A stretch of 64,000 nt of DNA, taken from Lama guanicoe. Lineage: Eukaryota. Positions 61,947 through 64,000 of the stretch are shown here, piece after piece (position 1 is the first letter of the stretch; every line of letters begins with the position of its first letter). The position numbers and the translations under genes are program-made. The notes under the pieces are model-generated. The model worked only from the letters and a program-made list of their open reading frames with translations. It was not told the origin of the DNA and ran no database searches. The stretch is taken from the NCBI GenBank assembly GCA_013239625.1, contig MU053934.1, positions 775,285 through 839,284 on the forward strand. The letters are read 5' to 3'.

Positions 61947-62164
61947 AGAGGCTGGTAAGCTATGGCCTATGGGCCAAATCCAGACTGCTACCTCTTTTTA
62001 ATAAATAAAATCTTACCGGAGCACAACCAGGCTTGATCACTTACATATAGTCTGCTGTTACAGTGCAGTGTCAGAATTGAGCAGTTGCATCAGAAACTGT
62101 GTCGTCCGCAAAGCCTAAAACATTTACTCCCTGGTCTTTAACAGAAAAAGGTTGCTGATTCTTG
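61947..62164. mobile_element. MER58A hAT-Charlie MITE
   Basis: ctatggcctatgggccaaatccag...taaataaaatctta...ttgagcagttgc...aagcctaaaacatttactccctggtctttaacagaaaaaggttgctga. Confidence 0.85.
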
Positions 62165-62581
62165 AGCTGCTTTAATAAGTGTGGCTGAATGCTAGGAACC
62201 ATCCATTCAAACTTGGGCCAATTGTTCAGAATTGAAAAAAAAAGATTGGAGTGTGTTTGCATAATGATCTTTGTTTTCCTGTTTTACTTCATTTTCCGAT
62301 ATATTTTACTGTACTTATGTTGTGTATGTTTTATATTATGTGTATTACATAAAATTTTATTTATCCAAAACCTTCTCAGTGCACTTTGTATTAGATCTTG
62401 TGAAGAACTTACAATCAGGTAGTGAAAAAGTCAAATATAAAAATAACTAAAATACAAGGCAAAAAAAAATTAGGCAGGCATGTGGAAAAGGAACAAGGTT
62501 GAGATTAACCATGTGGCAGACTTTATGTATATTGTTCATTTAAATGCCACAATAACCTTATGAGATAGCTATTAATAGATC

Positions 62582-62901
62582 TTTTTTAATTTTTAAAAAT
62601 TTAAAAAATTCTATTAAAGTGTAGTTGAATTACAGTGTTAGTTTCAGGTATACAGCAAAAGTGATTTGGTTATTCATATACATGCATATATATTTTTTCA
62701 GATTCTTTTCCATTATTATGTTGTTATAAGGTATTGAATATTGAATATTATAAGGTATAGTTCCCTGTGCTATACAGTAGGTCCTTGTTTATCTATTTTA
62801 TATATAGTAGTGTGTATCTGTTAATGCCCTACTCCTAATTTATCCCTACCCCGCCCTTTCCCCTTTGGTAACCATCGTTTGTTTTCTACATCCATGAGTC
62901 T
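62582..62901 (-). mobile_element. Cetartiodactyl-type L1 3' end inserted into a MIR (MIR ~62500-63030)
   Basis: gtagttgaattacagtgttagtttcaggtatacagcaa...gttccctgtgctatacagtagg...ttggtaacc; TSD-like ttaatagatc / ttaatagacc. Confidence 0.9.
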
Positions 62902-63034
62902 TTAATAGACCATTTGATAAATGTGGAAACTAAGGCTGGGAGACATAGACTAATTTGCCTAACTAGGGTTGCTCAGTAGGTTGCAGAATTGAAATTCAGT
63001 TAAAGATTTACCATTCAGTCTATTTACTGAGGTT

Positions 63035-63430
63035 TTATTTATTTGTTTCCTGTGGCTATATCTTTAATTTCCACAATTTGCATTTGGTTCTTTTTCAAAT
63101 CTGTTGGCAATTTGTTGTAGTTATTATATGATTGACTTTCTTCTTTTATCTCTTTGAATATTTTAAACATGCTTAAGTTGAAAGCTCTGTCCCCAACCTG
63201 GCCTTGGCTCCAAAACGTCAGAATGTTGAGTAGAATGTAACAAACCAACACCTAGAAAGGCAGCGTAACTTCACTAAAACTCAGTGCTATGCTTACAGCA
63301 TAGTGTTGTTATTTTTTTAATTATTATCATTCAGAGTTCTTGGGGTGTGACTCTGACATTTTCTATGTCTGCTCACTCTCCTTGACACATTTCTCATGTA
63401 GTTTGTAATCTTTTACGACAAGCTTATGTT
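63035..63430 (-). mobile_element. Old L1ME ORF1 remnant
   Basis: ORF-track peptide MFKIFKEIKEE...LKKNQMQIVEIKDIATGNK resembles the L1 ORF1p coiled coil. Confidence 0.6.
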
Positions 63431-64000
63431 TATCGGCAACGGTTTTCCTTTGTGAATCCGTATGTCCTGACTTACAGAGACATCCTGTGGAGACATCTTC
63501 CTGCAGCTCAGGCGGGCAGCAAATTTCATTGCCCCTTCTCCAAGCAGGGGAGGGGAATGAAGGGAACATGTTTCATTTTTTGTTTTTAATTTCCATGTTT
63601 CTACCAATTTCATCTCCTTTTGTGCCATCTTGTGAATTAAGATCTTTGAGTCTTAAAGTTAGCTCCTTCTTTTCTTTTTGTGGTGAGATGTTTTAATACA
63701 TATATTTAACTTAAAATAATCTAAAGTTTATCCTTATTATCTTTCTGTATAATAAAAGGATCGTAGAATGTTTTTCTGCTGTTTGCCCTCCAGTAATAAA
63801 AATGATGCCTATTTTTAGTCTTTTTAACCTCATAAATGAGACATGTTATTGCCGTGTTGATTTCTAAACTGTTAAGATTCACCCTCATTTACTTTTCCAG
63901 AATTTACTTTTTTCCCTCACTGTCCCTCTTTGTATCTTACACCTTTTTTGAGGCTCATCTTTTCTCCCCCCTTTCGAAGTTCATGCTTCATGAAGGTCTC

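Noticed and set aside
62724..62758. Duplicated ttataaggtat and tattgaa within L1
   Set aside because: Post-insertion slippage in an AT-rich L1 UTR; no functional implication
1..64000. CRISPR arrays, prokaryotic operons, non-retroviral endogenous viral elements, ERV internal genes
   Set aside because: No regularly spaced repeats, long ORFs or viral protein motifs seen; very degraded remnants cannot be excluded without a translated homology search

Overview
Mammalian genomic DNA, very probably camelid (alpaca/llama/camel). The evidence is a Vic-1-type tRNA-derived SINE at 32479, cetartiodactyl-type L1 3' ends, and no Alu, B1/B2, Bov-tA/BovB, PRE-1 or CHR-2 that I could recognise. I found no protein-coding exon, RNA gene or processed pseudogene. 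The ORF track looks like noise, simple repeats or transposon fossils. Roughly half or more of the window is recognisable interspersed repeat: MIR, L2, old L1M/HAL1, younger camelid L1 3' ends, MaLR/ERVL/ERV1 solo LTRs, and hAT and Tigger DNA transposon fossils, often nested. Between the repeats lie several 200-700 bp unique islands rich in homeodomain, Onecut/Pbx, Maf, POU, RFX and E-box motifs, which suggests a gene desert or large intron carrying developmental enhancers. I cannot demonstrate a new biological system. The best leads are (1) a dense K50-homeodomain (OTX/CRX/PITX) site cluster around a G-quadruplex at ~51.5 kb with a nearby Maf plus octamer module, (2) a ~120 bp chain of abutting micro-palindromes at ~58.3 kb that also forms a GATA cluster, (3) a helically phased, alternating ATCAAT array at ~21.5 kb, and (4) a 5'-inverted L1 with an unusually large internal gap at ~34.5 kb. 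Repeat subfamily names come from remembered consensus sequences, and most repeat boundaries are approximate (tens of bp).
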